NCBI RefSeq assembly: GCF_006345805.1
Contig: NC_042998.1
Span: 40,610,001 to 40,674,000 of the forward strand
DNA length: 64,000 bases
Direction: 5' to 3'
From: Octopus sinensis
Lineage: Eukaryota
Positions 1 to 13,856 of the stretch are shown here, one piece after another. Position numbers and translations under genes: made by a program. The notes under the pieces were generated by a model. It saw nothing but the letters and a program-made list of their open reading frames with translations, did not search any database and was not told where the DNA came from. Position 1 is the first letter of the stretch, and the number at the start of each line of letters is the position of its first letter.

Positions 1-356
1 TCTATGATTTTGAATGAACATCCTACGATACCAAGCTTTATCCACTAAGCTTTTTCCTCTGCACACATGACATACAAGCACATACCCTCTCATCTCTTAT
101 GTATTTATTAAATTAGTGATCAGCTGTTCTCTTCCAGCAGGATTTATGTAAATATTGTCGTTAAACACAATAACTAATAAACTGTCTGTCTGTGATTGTC
201 ATTGTTTAAGTTAAGTTAATTAACAAAATGCATTCATTTGAAAAATATTATTCTATTCTATGTAGAAAAATCTATATATTCTGTTGAAATGGCTAGATTT
301 CTGAAGCTGCTATACTCTAAGTTTTGTGATGTAATTTCTAATTACATTAATTTTAG

Positions 357-406
357 TAGCACAACAGTTTGATGGTGGCTTTGAAGAAATTTGTTGTAAC
401 AAGCAT
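357..406 (+). CDS. Candidate small host exon (unverified): VAQQFDGGFEEICCNKH
   Basis: ttttagtag tandem acceptor and CAT|gtaaga donor, with an open protein-like frame between them. No homology recognised, and similar candidates arise by chance in this window. Confidence 0.2.
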
Positions 407-1820
407 GTAAGATTTAGTGAAAACTTACATGAAATGCTTCATAACTTTATTGATGCTGTTTCAAAGATTTTTTTTATTTACGCAGTTGACACAGATACTA
501 TTCTTGTATATATTTTTGCTAGAAAAGAAATCTTCAATATTTAGTTAATGACAATTTTTATAATTTTTTCCTTCTACATTCTGTTGAATATATCTGAAAT
601 TTATTCTTTATTGTTTTATTTTATGTTTTTATTTTAGTCTTTTTTACATTCCTACATCAATTCTTAACTTTCACTCTAATAATTTTTTCCAGCTTTCCAA
701 TGCAAAATTTTTTCCTTGGATTTTCTGCTTTTATTTTTCTTAACAAGATTTTACTGTTCATCTATCAAAAGTTAATATATAAGAGTCTAAAAAATTCCTT
801 GTCCAGAAGTCACATAACCAAAATCTCTCAAATGTCAGCTCATTTTTATTCTAATGTTAACAAAGAAAGAAGATATGACTTTTGCTTTCTGTTAGCTTGA
901 CAAACAATCTCTCTCACTTCTGTATGTCATGACAGCTCAAACAACTAAGAGCTGTAATAAGATGAATCAACTGTTATTGTAAGTAGAACTAAACAATAAT
1001 TTGATTCAATTTTAAGTAAGATTACTATGACTCTACCAACAAACAAACAAATCAAAAGGTTAAAGTGATATATCAATTGACATCTTCCAAATCTCCTCAC
1101 TTTCAAAAGGTGCAGACTAGTTTCATATATTCTAAAGTATTTTAGGTCATACTTGGGTTTCATATTACTTCTAACCCACCCCCACCTGCACTCTCCAGTT
1201 TTTCTATACTCTTCATTTCCTTTCAACTACATTTACCTTCTATTTCAATCGGCTCCTCTCACTGTCTTTTTCCTTTCGACCCACACCTTTTTCCTCTTTG
1301 TTTCACTTCCTTTCTCATACACACTTATAGATAAAAACGTAAGACATTCACACTTTTCCCTCTCTTATACAAATAGGCATCACACACATAAAAACCAGAT
1401 AATCTTTATCAATAAACAAAGATGTGGTCAGTGGTTTGAATACAGAACACACACACCCTTGTGAATGAAAATCAATACCATCCTTATCTGAATACTTGAT
1501 GTCTCTTATATTGACCAGCTTAGGTACTTATCTCAACTAGCTGTTATATATTTTCTTTGTTATAATTGTCTCTTCATTTCCACTCAACACACTATTCTTC
1601 AAAATACTTTTCAAACAAATATTTGTATAACTTTTATCTGTCTGTTTTCTCTCCTTATCACTGATACCTGGTGGTAGATCCTGATTTCTTCACACTCACG
1701 GTTTATATTACTAAGGAATTAATTTTCTCTTCAAGAAGACAGTAGAGTGGCAGAAGTGATAGATTGCTGTTCTAAACGCATAACTTTTTAATTATATCCT
1801 TCAATATTATGAGTTCAAAT

Positions 1821-2014
1821 GAGGCAGTGAGCTAGCCGAATTGTTAGCATGCTGGACAAAATGCGTAACAGCATTTCGTCAACCTTAACATTCTGAGTTC
1901 AAATTTTGCCACGGTCGACTTGGCCTTTCATTCTTCTGGAGTCAATAAAATAAGTACAGGGGTTGATGTAATTGCCCCTACCAACTTTCTAGCCTTGTGC
2001 CAAACTTTGAAACC
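1821..2014 (+). mobile_element. tRNA-derived SINE (family A) with 18-bp target-site duplication
   Basis: GGCAGTGAGCTAGCCGAA head and TGAGTTCAAAT B-box-like motif. Flanked by aatattatgagttcaaat (1803-1820) and aatatcatgagttcaaat (2015-2032). Similar to the copy at 51317-51543. Confidence 0.85.
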
Positions 2015-2179
2015 AATATCATGAGTTCAAATCCTGCTGGAGTCAATTTTGCTTTTCATCCCACTGAGGGTTGATAAAATGATATTAGTCATCTATTTCA
2101 GTGAATTTTAGTAGACAATATTCTTCCCTATATATTTCTAGTTTTGTATAAAAAATTATTGTATGGCTCTGGGTATTGA

Positions 2180-3960
2180 AGTGTTAAGTGTCAGATTCAA
2201 GTCATGTCTGTAAATCTAGAAACAGTAAATTGCATGTTGCGTTCTTTAACTGTCATTGTAGTTCCAATGATGTTAGGTAAAAATCTATTTAAGGTACTGT
2301 ATAGGGTAAGCTCCAGAACTGTTTAAAAAAAAAAACTATGTTCGCTGAGTATCCCCTCAAGTCTTTTTAAATTCAGCTTTTTCATCTTCACTTAACACAT
2401 CATTCTTCCTTAATGGTCTTCCTTTCTCTATTTTATTTAAAAATATGGACTATGTATAAATCTTGATCTAAAGTAATTGAAAGATTAATATTCAATCTTA
2501 AATACTTGAATTTTCTCTTCTCACGAGTTCCTACATTAAACATCTTTTCTATTACTGAAATCATATTCATTTCCAACTTTTGCACTGAATACAAAATTAT
2601 CTACCTGTAAAATTGCCAGAATACCTACTAGTTTCTTCCTTGCATCATGCAAGAGATAAAAAGTATTGTCATAAGCACTCACTACACCTCCCAATTTGGC
2701 CTGCACTTGAGTGGGGTTTCTTTTAACCAGGACTGAAGTACTCAATCTATAGACACATTTCTTCAGTTTCCAAACTTGAAACTTTTTACATATATTAGAA
2801 AGTAAGGACATTTCTCTTCTCTGTATATCACCTTGCAAAAATATTGAAGTGAAATCAAATGTCTGCACTTACCAACTTTACAAACTTAGAAGTGCTGCGG
2901 TTAACATTATTAACCATCATATCATGTCTGCATGGTAGAAAGGCTATTTTAGATCACTTGAATCTTCCTTATAACCTTGTGCTATAAGACAAGCCTCCAT
3001 TATCTTTCTAATATCTTTCAGTATCATTACTTAGTTGATGCCCAGTTTTCTGACCTGTGTAGAGCACACATTCATATACATCATGACTCATCATGTTTTG
3101 TTTTCTTTGTGTTTAAGCATGAAGAGGAAGTGGTTAAAACTACGGTCTTATGATCATGAGTGGTTCCACTCGTAATCATAAGACTGTAGTCTTAATTGCT
3201 GGACTGAAACATTACTCCAGTCCTCTCAACTGTAAATGAGTTCCTGCAATAATTGTGGAGTTAACTTTGAGATGGATCAGCATCTTCTTTGGGAGTGGAG
3301 ATGTAATTTCACTCAATCATATACCATGGGAACCAGGTTAAACCTCAGTCTTATGAGTCCTTGGGCTCATGACAGATCTAAGCCTTGTGTTCAGCAACAA
3401 TCACTTCTTTTTCTGGTTTCTGCACCACAGTGAGTAAAACTACATGTTCATACTTATCTGCTTCAACGACTTCCTGAGTTACTTCTTTCCATTTATTTGC
3501 ATGACTCCAGTTAGCACAAATAGGGTCTTTTTGCTCCTCTTCTGGTATTATATTCAGCTAATTACTGTATTTTCCTTTAGACTTTGGTTGTATGGTCATA
3601 ACTTTACCTTTTTTTCCCACTCCTCACACTTATTCATTTCATATTTAAACATTTTATTCCTACCTTGTTACCTGGTTTTTCAGTCCAATCTGTTAAGCCA
3701 GCAATAGTATCATTGATTTCCTTATTCTCACTAAAATCTTCTTGATCCAGGACTTCACTTTTCTCATTAGGAAGATCTTCATACTCTTTGTTCATTACAC
3801 TGATTTTTCAGTGATCTCTAATACCCTGAAATCTGATCTCACCAATGTTTTCAGTGTCTTTCTTGGCCTTCTGCTACAGGTATTCCATACTCTCTGAGTC
3901 AAGCACTTTTTCACCTGGCACCCATTATCTAATACATTATATGATCATTATCACCTTGAT
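2180..3960 (-). mobile_element. Decayed Ty1/copia LTR retrotransposon pol fragment (linker plus RVT_2-type reverse transcriptase)
   Basis: Manual minus-strand translation gives ordered copia RT-like motifs across stops and frameshifts: DVYECV..GQKT, ACLIAQGYKED (ARLVARGFEE-like), VQTFDFTSIFLQG, VWKLKKCVY, LVGILAILQVDNF (HVDDF-like), FKYLRLNI and ITLDQDLYI. Upstream KGKYSN/NWSHANKW linker. Boundaries approximate. Confidence 0.75.
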
Positions 3961-3984
3961 TATCTTTTCTGCATACATTGACTA

Positions 3985-4200
3985 GTGAAGGAACATAGCA
4001 GTTAGGGTGTTCCACTCATGATCTTGCAATTATGGTTTCGATTTGGTGGTGTATTTTGCTTTTGATGTTACTCCAGTCCACTCAGCTGTGAATGAGTAAC
4101 CCTGAGGCAGATTGGTGTCTAATTCAGAGGGAATGTTGTGATCTTGGTCACTTGTATGCCATGGAAACTGGGTGACCAACCCTATGGTTCTAGGACTTGA
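3985..4200 (+). mobile_element. Degenerate tRNA-derived SINE (family C)
   Basis: Head ...gttagggtgttccactcatgatc...ggtttcgatt and body gttactccagtccactcagctg, similar to the reverse complement of 33005-33335. Confidence 0.5.
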
Positions 4201-5249
4201 GTCAGTACTTATAATAATATATGTACACTAGCTAATACCTTTGATGCCTAGCTGTTCAGTTGTGCTTTCATTTTCATGCAAGTTTATTTTATATGCTCAA
4301 TAGACCATTATTAATTCAATTCTCTCTACCATCTGAAGATCTACATCAAATGCCTAAGTCTCGCTACTATGCAGTTTCACATTCATTATACATGCTTCAT
4401 ACAGATAGCTTCTAAATGAAAAGAGAAACTCTTTGTTACCAGAAGAAGTAACAGCTTCCTGTTCATTGTGGTGTGAAGCTTGAAATCAGGAGAACAGGAA
4501 AATGTCTAAAGAATATGTATTGAAGAAGACAAGATAGGCAAATATTACCATTAGTTGTTGAATAAATGGCCTTATCAAATAAATGCTAAAAGACTGAAAT
4601 AATAATGTGTCAAGGAGGGAGTGGAGGTTCATGGCTGTCTGCACCTGGAGGCATGTTACATGAAGAAGAGGATAACTAAATTAGATTCAAGCTCAGGAAA
4701 AATTTTGAATGTGTTTGTTTGAACCAAAATAATTAGACTTAACGTAGCAATATAATTGATGTCTGTAATTCCTTGTTTCATGTCTGAACAGAGATAAGTA
4801 GTTCCTTTCAAAACTATTGTTGGTGTACATAGATGTTGTTGTTGTTGTTACTTTGCTTAGGTCTGTTCTGATTGAGCAAACTTATGTTCAAAGACATTTC
4901 CTTTTGACAATGCTGTCTTTTGTTTTCTGTGTGCAGAATCCACAACCAACATTCAATATCTGCCTTGAAGGAGATTTGACTGTTATTTCTAGCTGGCTAA
5001 ATGACTTGATAGTAGAATTTTGATTGTGGTGAGATGATGATACTGATGATGAAATGCATACTTATGCTTATCTGTGCTTGTGTATGTGTGTGTTTGTATG
5101 CATGCGTATATTAGATGATACGTGTGTATGTATACATAGATTATAAGAATACTCCTTAATATATACGTCTTTCTATATATTTTGTAGTTTCTGTTCCATA
5201 CAACATTCACATACTTATGCACACATTACACACAAAACATGCATTTGCT

Positions 5250-5286
5250 TCTTCTCTCTCTCTTTCTCTCTTTCTGTCTGTCTGTC

Positions 5287-5351
<65 letters not shown>

Positions 5352-5355
5352 ATAA

Positions 5356-5386
<31 letters not shown>

Positions 5387-5448
5387 TGTATGTATGTATG
5401 TATGTATGTATGTATGTATGCATGTATGTCTGTCTGTTTGTCTGGCTG

Positions 5449-5502
<54 letters not shown>

Positions 5503-5530
5503 AATCTATCTATCAATCTATCTATCTATC
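5250..5530. repeat. Compound microsatellite (CT)n/(AT)n/(ATGT)n/(ATCT)n
   Basis: Directly visible. Explains ORFs 5217..5567 and 5366..5581. Confidence 0.97.
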
Positions 5531-6184
5531 TCTCCATCTAATAATAGGTCTGGGCATCCCATTTTAGTACTAAAATTGTGATAAAATCTTAGACAGAATA
5601 CAATTATTAATAGATTATTTTTAAAAAAATACACCCTGAAACATCTGAAATAAAATGCAAATTATAGAAGTGAAATGAACTTTGACAAATGTATATATGA
5701 AAGCATTTCAGTCAGATATGTTGAGACAAATAAATAATAGAAAATGTAATGATAATATTTGCAGAGATAGCTATGAATAATATGTTAACATATACAGTTT
5801 TGTGTCTCTAATATTTGGTCTTGTTATTTTTATGGCATTGTTGCCTTCATATTGAGATATAAAACTAACAAAAATGCAATTTAAAATCAATAAGTAAGTT
5901 ACATGATACAATACCTACAAAAGGTGAATAAAATTCTGAGTATATGGTGTAGAAATAATTTGTTTCACTCATTTATTACTATGACGATGTTTTTATTACT
6001 AAATATTCCAAAATACACAATGAGGATATTGTTCTCGTCAATGATAAACTGATATTTATATGCAGACACCTTTCTCTGTAATTTTTCTTTCTGTTTTTCT
6101 TTGTCTTTCCTTTTATGTCGCATATGCACACATCCCAACACTTACAAATTAACACATATACTCTGTGGCACACACATACTATCT

Positions 6185-6196
6185 CTCTTTTTCTTT

Positions 6197-6243
<47 letters not shown>

Positions 6244-6344
6244 CATGTGGAGTGTATGTGAACAAACTTGTGTATGCCTACATGTGTATATATAACATTT
6301 CATACATCTTATATGTGTCTGAGTGTCTGGGTTACATTTGTGTA

Positions 6345-6380
<36 letters not shown>

Positions 6381-6460
6381 CATATATGTGTCTGTATCTA
6401 TGTGTGTGCTTGTGTCTGTATGTATAAATATATGTACATGTCTGTATATCTATGCATGTG

Positions 6461-6531
<71 letters not shown>

Positions 6532-6532
6532 T

Positions 6533-6590
<58 letters not shown>
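6185..6590. repeat. Compound microsatellite (CT)n/(CA)n/(TG)n/(TA)n
   Basis: Directly visible. Explains the YI/HT/CV-repeat ORFs. Confidence 0.97.
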
Positions 6591-8014
6591 AACACAAGAC
6601 ACACATTCATACACAGAGATAATGTAGCTGTCCTAGTCGCTATTATAGTTATTTATTTGATTTCAGCTTATTCTTTTTGTCATGTGATGTTAGTTTTGTT
6701 AATAGGACTGAACATAATGTGAAATATTGCATTTTAGTGAAATAAGGAAATTTTATGGACTACATATTACAGATCATTGATCAAGAACTTGACAGACCAA
6801 CTTAAGTTTTTGCAGATAGAGCCTGAACAAAAAGGTATATTGAATTTAAAAAACATAACATTGCATTTGATATTCATCTATCAGAATAAAAATATATAAA
6901 CACTTCAAAGAAAATTATAATCCAGTGAAAAATGTGTTTGGAACAAAGATATGAATAATAAAGAAGTTATTCGACAAAAAAAAAATATTCAAAATAGAGA
7001 TAGCTTATCTGAAATGTTTAAGCTTAGCTGGTGAGACATTCAAGTTGATATATAGATAGGTTCAGTTAGAAATGTGTGATGGGATATTGTACAAGTTCCT
7101 TTTATTTGATGGAGTATGAAAATATTGCATTTTGAATTATGTATATCATTGATAAAATTTTGTGGTGAACTAATGCTAGTATGTTTAACCTATGTGACTC
7201 ATAACAGCATCATATCAGAAACATAAATTTCCATGGATAAAACATTATCACGAGAATTTTTTTTCAAAATATAAAATACAGCATTAATCTTACAATGTTC
7301 ATGTTCTGCAAAACTGAAATTTATTTGTATGAATTGGTAGTTATCATATACTACATATCTATCTTATAGATAAATCATGACCAGTGGTGTTCTTTGGATA
7401 CACCAATGCCTTTTGACAAAAGGCATTGTAAAGATTGGTGATTTTTTGCTGATTTTTTTTTTTTTTAGATTTTTAATATATATATCCTTAACTACAAATT
7501 TAAAAAAAAAATCAAAAAAAGTTAAAAACAAACTATTTGAAATTTTTTTTTCTTTTTGCAAAATTGCAATCTTTGTTCTTTTGGGATAGGGAAAAAAATT
7601 TGATAGGTAGGGCGACTTTATGACATATCTGCCAAATTTAATCTCCATCATTGATAACTTAGGAACCTGAAGGAATTTTTGAAACAAAAAATAATTTATG
7701 GGTGGGTGACTCTTTAACACATCCACCCAGATTTGTTGGGTGTGAATAAAACTGTAAAATATATCAGTAATATGACTTACATTTGAAAGCAAAATAAAAG
7801 TAATGGCAACTAAAAGATATTTGAATGAAATGCCAGATCACTTTATACAATTATTTTAGTGAGTGTCTTTGTTATTTGAGAACTTTGTTTTGTTTTTGTA
7901 ACATGTTGCTTAATTTCCTTCAATTCAATTTTATTTAAAGCTACTTCACTTCCATTTTGTACCAGAAGTCAAGGACACGTTGAAAATACATGTCTTCAAC
8001 AAGATTACCAAATC

Positions 8015-8230
8015 TCTTTAGCATTTGAATTACTCTGTCAAATGTAAGGCTCAATATATTCACATTGTTTTGAATTAATCATGCATTGTCTCAAAGTTTT
8101 GAGATTTTGATGATGTTATTGTTTATTTTTAGAATGATATTGTGGTGCAAGTGTGAGAGACCAGATCTGGCCAGTTGAATATAAAACAGAATTTTTGGGT
8201 CGGATACATCTGGATTAAATGCTAAAAGTA
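8015..8230 (-). mobile_element. MITE-like interspersed repeat (family E)
   Basis: Reverse complement of the repeat at 25710-25926 and 27075-27305. tttagcatt...aatgctaaa terminal inverted motif. Confidence 0.65.
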
Positions 8231-8238
8231 TATATAGG

Positions 8239-8862
<624 letters not shown>

Positions 8863-9149
8863 ATATATTGTTGTAGAAGGATTCAAACCACCCCTCAAGT
8901 GACTAAAAGGTGGACTGACTCATTGTTATAAAACAATGAACTGTGAATAATTGTCTGTTTCATGATGGAAGCAGTTCACTGTGAGCCTTTGAAATAGAGT
9001 GCTGTGTCTCATGTAATAGCAATAGTAGTACATTGTGTATATACTTTCTTTCCCCCTGCTTCATTATATTATATGTCCAATACAAGGATAAAAAAAAGCT
9101 TGTGTTGAATGTTTAAAATGTTTTGATCCAAAACCAAAGAAAAACATCG

Positions 9150-10070
9150 TTTTAACATGGAAGACTTATTGGTTTCCATATTGCAGTAGCAACAGCAACA
9201 GCAGAAACAGCTACAGTAGCAACAGCAACAGCAGCAGCACCTACAACAGCAACAACAACAAAACCAACAGTTGCTGGACTTAATGTTGAAGAAGTTTGAA
9301 AATACTTCAGGTTTGTACTCGCCAAACCGTGAAGCAAACTCAATTGAAGAATTCTACTATAAACCAGAAGAAGGTATTACCTTCTCTGCATATTTTCATA
9401 GATATGAAGAAACTGTCAAAGAAGAGTGGTCCAATGAGAAAATGGTGCGATTATTTTTAAGAAAGTTATCCCCTACTGAATACGAAAAATATAGTTATTA
9501 TATTCTACCAAAGAAGCCAGGTGAGATTTGTTTCAAAGAAACAATATTTTATATAAAATTTTCAGTGAAAGAAGTCCCCAGTTCAATACTCACTGGCAAT
9601 GTTTAAATTTGATCAAAAAAGATGATGAAGATTTTGTTGCCTATGCTGGAGTGGTTAACAGAGAGTATAAGAATTTCAAATTGAATGAGTTAATCCCAGA
9701 CATGTTCAAGTCTTTAATTTTTGTTCAAGGGCTTATTGCAAGCAAATATGCAGCTATACGTTCTTATATATTAACAAAATTAGAACAGGACCAAAATTTA
9801 ACTCTGCAGGCAGTAGCAGGAGAATGTCAGGGAATTATTAATCTATGACATGATGAAAATAAAATTGAAGAGAAAGATTGTTCTCAGATTCAAGTGTGTT
9901 GACTGGTAGCAAATAAGAAAATAGACAAAAGATATCAAGACTGAATCCATGTTGTGGGTGTGGTGGTCTACATTTTAAGAATAACTGTTCTTTTAAAAAT
10001 ATGAAATGCTACAAGTGTGGTAAAATATGCCATGAAAAATCGCCTTGTAGGACAGCCTAAAAAACAGTTC
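9150..10070 (+). mobile_element. Decayed gypsy-type LTR retrotransposon gag fragment (invertebrate K02A2.6-like group)
   Basis: ORFs 9271..9606 and 9528..9848 (FYYKPEEGITFSAYFHRYE, LLRKL-like, LIFVQGL...IRSYILTKLEQ...TLQAVAGEC) are followed by Cys/His knuckles C.GCGGLH..NNC and CYKCGK.CH..SPC, broken by frameshifts and stops. A possible LTR lies upstream at ~8870-9085. Confidence 0.8.
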
Positions 10071-10186
10071 AACAGAAAAAATCATGTAAATGGATTATCA
10101 GTGACAAAAAATGCAATCAAGCCTCAAAAAATTCAAACCTATGAGAAAAAAGTTGGCCATGGAAAAAACTAACAATATTTACATTT

Positions 10187-10251
<65 letters not shown>

Positions 10252-10848
10252 ATATATATTTAAACCTATGAGAAAAAAGTTGGCCATGAAAATAACCCAG
10301 AAAACTTTGCTGGCCATGACATAAAAGAAAAAGCAAAACTACTGACATACACAAGAGAGTAATGTTCTGAACTTTAATTTTATAAAAAAAGATCTATATG
10401 AAATATGGCTAATCATTAGAGATTTTAACAAAGTAATTTTTTTTATTAAAGAAATAAATTTTGAAGTTTTACATGCCTAACAAATGATTTTGAACTAATG
10501 CAATTATATCATGGAAGAGTTATCATAGCCATCTATAATCACACAAAAAAGCTGCTAAATTCACCTTTAATTTATTTTTTGATGTATCAAAATTTCCATT
10601 GCAACACTGTAACCTGGTTACAGTTCTACAGTTGCAGCAGAACTGTGCCAATGACCAAGTCACAGATGTGCAATGAAAATTGTGACATGTTAAAAAAATT
10701 AAAGAAAAGTGAATTTAACAACGTTTTAGCATGATTTTGGATGTCTAAAATGGGTCTTGATGATATAAAGAAATAAATATATTTCTAATTTAAAAACAAT
10801 ATATCAGTGACATAAAAAAACAATTACAGAACTTTTGTTCACAGGTAA

Positions 10849-11205
10849 GTGCAGACATGGCTGTGTGGTTAAGAAGTTCACTTTGCATTTATGTTGTTTC
10901 AAGTTCAGTCTCACTATAGGGCTTGTGTCTTTTATTATAATCCCAGGCTGATCAATGCCTTGAAAGGAAACTGTGAGGAAGCCTTTTGTGTATATACATG
11001 TGTGTGTGTGTCTTTGTGTTTGCATTGTGCTTGTTCCCTGCTGCTACCTGACAACTAGCGTTAGTTTGTTTACATCCCCATAGCACCTTGGCAAAAGAAA
11101 TAGTTACCAGATTTAAAAATAAGTACTGGGGCTGATTTGTTCAACTAAACCCTTCAAGGTGGTGCTCTGGCATAGCCACAGTACAATAACTGAAGCAAGT
11201 AAAAA
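10849..11205 (+). mobile_element. tRNA-derived SINE (family B)
   Basis: gtgcagacatggctgtgtggttaagaagttc head, short (TG)n core, tail ...ttcaaggtggtgctc...tgaagcaagtaaaa. Confidence 0.8.
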
Positions 11206-11397
11206 ATAACAGATACAATAATAAGAATGTTTTCAAATGCTAGGCCATCATCATCTTCATAAATATAATTGCTTGATCTACACTCATAGTCTTTCAGGTA
11301 ACTGTAAAATAGCTCTTCTAATGTAGCATTCACTCATTTGTATTTTTTCATTGTTATGGAACCATAATGACTCGATATCTCATGCGTGAACATGCAT

Positions 11398-11440
<43 letters not shown>

Positions 11441-13399
11441 CATGAGGATTAGCAAGATTGACAAAATTCCTATTGTGGTGAGCAAAATAATGGTCAAACA
11501 CACGTGATAAGAGCTACTTTTGTTTATATTTAAAGAATGAAAGTATTTATAGAATGAACATTTTTGATAATGAAAGCATTTTATAATTAATTTGGTCCAC
11601 TAATCTCCAATATCACCACAATTTTAATTAAATATAATTTTGGTAATAATGAGTTATTATGAAACATATCAGTAGTTCTGGGTTTTTTTTTGTGTTTTCT
11701 TTTTATTTTAAAGTTTTTAAAGAATTTAGAATTACTCCCTTGTGGCAGTAATAGTTTCCAAATAGCTCCTTCACTTTCTTAGAAATAGTTGATAGTCAGT
11801 AGTGATAATAGTCAGTCAATATAAATTTTAAAAGAATGGGAGAAAGTTTTTTGCCATGAGGAATAAACAGTAAAATGTTTTGTTGCTCTTTTTCTTTGCA
11901 TGAAATTGGAGGAATGAGGTGAAAATACTTGGAGTCTTGATTTAGTGGAGACAGCCAAATAACAGGCGTAGTGTGAGGAAGTGACAAGCCAAGGAGGAAT
12001 ACAAAAAAGGTTCAAATAGATAAAAAGCAAGGTAGAATGATACACTAATTCGAATAACTATATACTGTGGTGCAGTTTCCATGACAGATTAATACATTCA
12101 TCATATTTCTGTGTGAAATACACTTGCTTTGTTTCAAGTAATTTTAAACATAATAAAGGATTTGATAAAGTTCAACCAGAGTACTGAAATCCCTTACTGT
12201 ATAGTAAACTGTAAATTAATTGGATGTTTTATAATAATGATAATAATGATAATGGACTCTCCCATTGAAGATAACGTATGAATGTTTAGCTATTGCCAAA
12301 CCATCTGCACATATGATCTCTTTATAGTAATCAAATGTATGTACTGTGCATTAGCTCACTCCCTCCATCAAATCGACTTTTCCTGAACAGGTACCCGGTT
12401 ATCCCATTGCATCTTTGGTATATTTTCAATCATCTCAACCTCTTTGCTACTGGTCTAGGACGTCTAGGATGTAAGTGAGGCTGGCTGTTTGATGCAGCCC
12501 TGCCTCAATAAAATCCAAGTTCAGCACAAATCAAGACTGAAAATTCTTAGGAAAACCAAAATGGTGGTCTTTCTATTGCATCATTTTGAATTCCCCATGT
12601 GGCTGCAAGAATGAAATGCTAACACATTTATAGTTTTCTCACCTGTCAGGACACAGAATATGTAATACAGGTAGTGCATTTGCAATTCTTCACTTGCTGT
12701 TTGAGTCTTTCATGGTTCATCTGTTGTCTAGGAGATGCCTGATTCAGGTGTCAGATGCATAACCATCCATTATCATGAGATTACATGTGAAAAATGAGCT
12801 CAACAATATTTCAAGTTTTATTCCAACAATTTTTTTTATAAAGTATTAAAATTACATAGTAATATAGACACACATTAAAGTTTTAGCCAATATTGTATCA
12901 ACTCCTACAATAATCAGTTTGACTCATGTTCAATGTGACGGCTATGTTTCATGATCAACAGCTGCAATGTATATTGTAACATCATCTGTTGAGTGTTCAA
13001 GAAACTAGCAGTTATTTGTACATAGAAGTAATGACAGGATATGATTAGTTGCTGCATAGGAAATGAGATATTTGTCTACTGATATGTAAAAGTACAGTTA
13101 GAATATAAAGAGTTATACATCATATCTCTTATTGCTTAGTGGATAATGGTCTACATCCTCTACAATCTACAGTAAATAGTAAATTGCTTCTCAGATTACT
13201 TTACCTAGCATAAATCACTTGTATTAATTTCTAGGGTTAATAAACTATCACATTGCATGGAAAAGATTGCGATTCATGTGCTATTATTCATGGTGTATGT
13301 TATATTAAGTGCAATACATTTTGTTTTACGTTAGAAGACACATCATTGTTCTCCTGAATAGGTTACTCCAGGATCTATATATCAATTGATCTCTTTCTC

Positions 13400-13630
13400 T
13401 TTCTTTTACTCTCCCCCCTCAACCTCTCTTCCTCTCCATTCTCTCCCTCTCCCTGTCTGCCTGTCTGTCTCTCTCCCCCCCTCTCTCTCTATTTATATAT
13501 ATATATTTGTACATATGTGTATATATATATAAATATATATACACACATATATACGTATGTACATATGTATATATGTGTGTGTGTGTGTGTGTGTGGTGTG
13601 TGTGTGTGTGTATGAGTGTGTGTGTGCATG
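13400..13630. repeat. Compound (CT)/(AT)/(GT) microsatellite
   Basis: Directly visible. Confidence 0.9.
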
Positions 13631-13856
13631 TACTTAGGTAGGTTGCTAGACACATACTTATGTGTATCTGGGATTTGTTAAAGTTTTCTCATTTGTAGAT
13701 TTCAGTCAGTTACTAAAAAAGTGAAAAGACTCATTTGACGAAGCCAAGACAACTCTTGGGATATGTGGATATGTCAGTTGCTTAGTGTGTGTAATAAATC
13801 TTGTATTCATGAACAGGTCTCGGTTTATATGTCACCTCAGTATACATATGCGTGTA

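Noticed and set aside
1450-1800. Possible copia RNase H continuation
   Set aside because: Overlaps an old SINE head, and the motif match was too weak.
5217-6722. Many 60-185 aa ORFs rich in YI/CV/HT/LS repeats (also near 8.4, 15.3, 32.8, 36.7 and 58.5 kb)
   Set aside because: They are translations of stop-poor dinucleotide and tetranucleotide microsatellites.
7781-7809. 29-nt minus-strand micro-exon candidate with good splice sites
   Set aside because: Too short and low in complexity to distinguish from chance.
11210-11330. Minus-strand open frame ...EELFYSYLKDYECRSSNYIYEDDDGLAFEN
   Set aside because: Short, no good donor, runs into a SINE, and no recognisable homology.
12390-12470. Apparent exon YPVIPLHLWYIFNHLNLFATGLGRLG with good splice sites
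   Set aside because: It lies in what looks like an interspersed repeat I recall from this genome type. There is no homology evidence for a gene.
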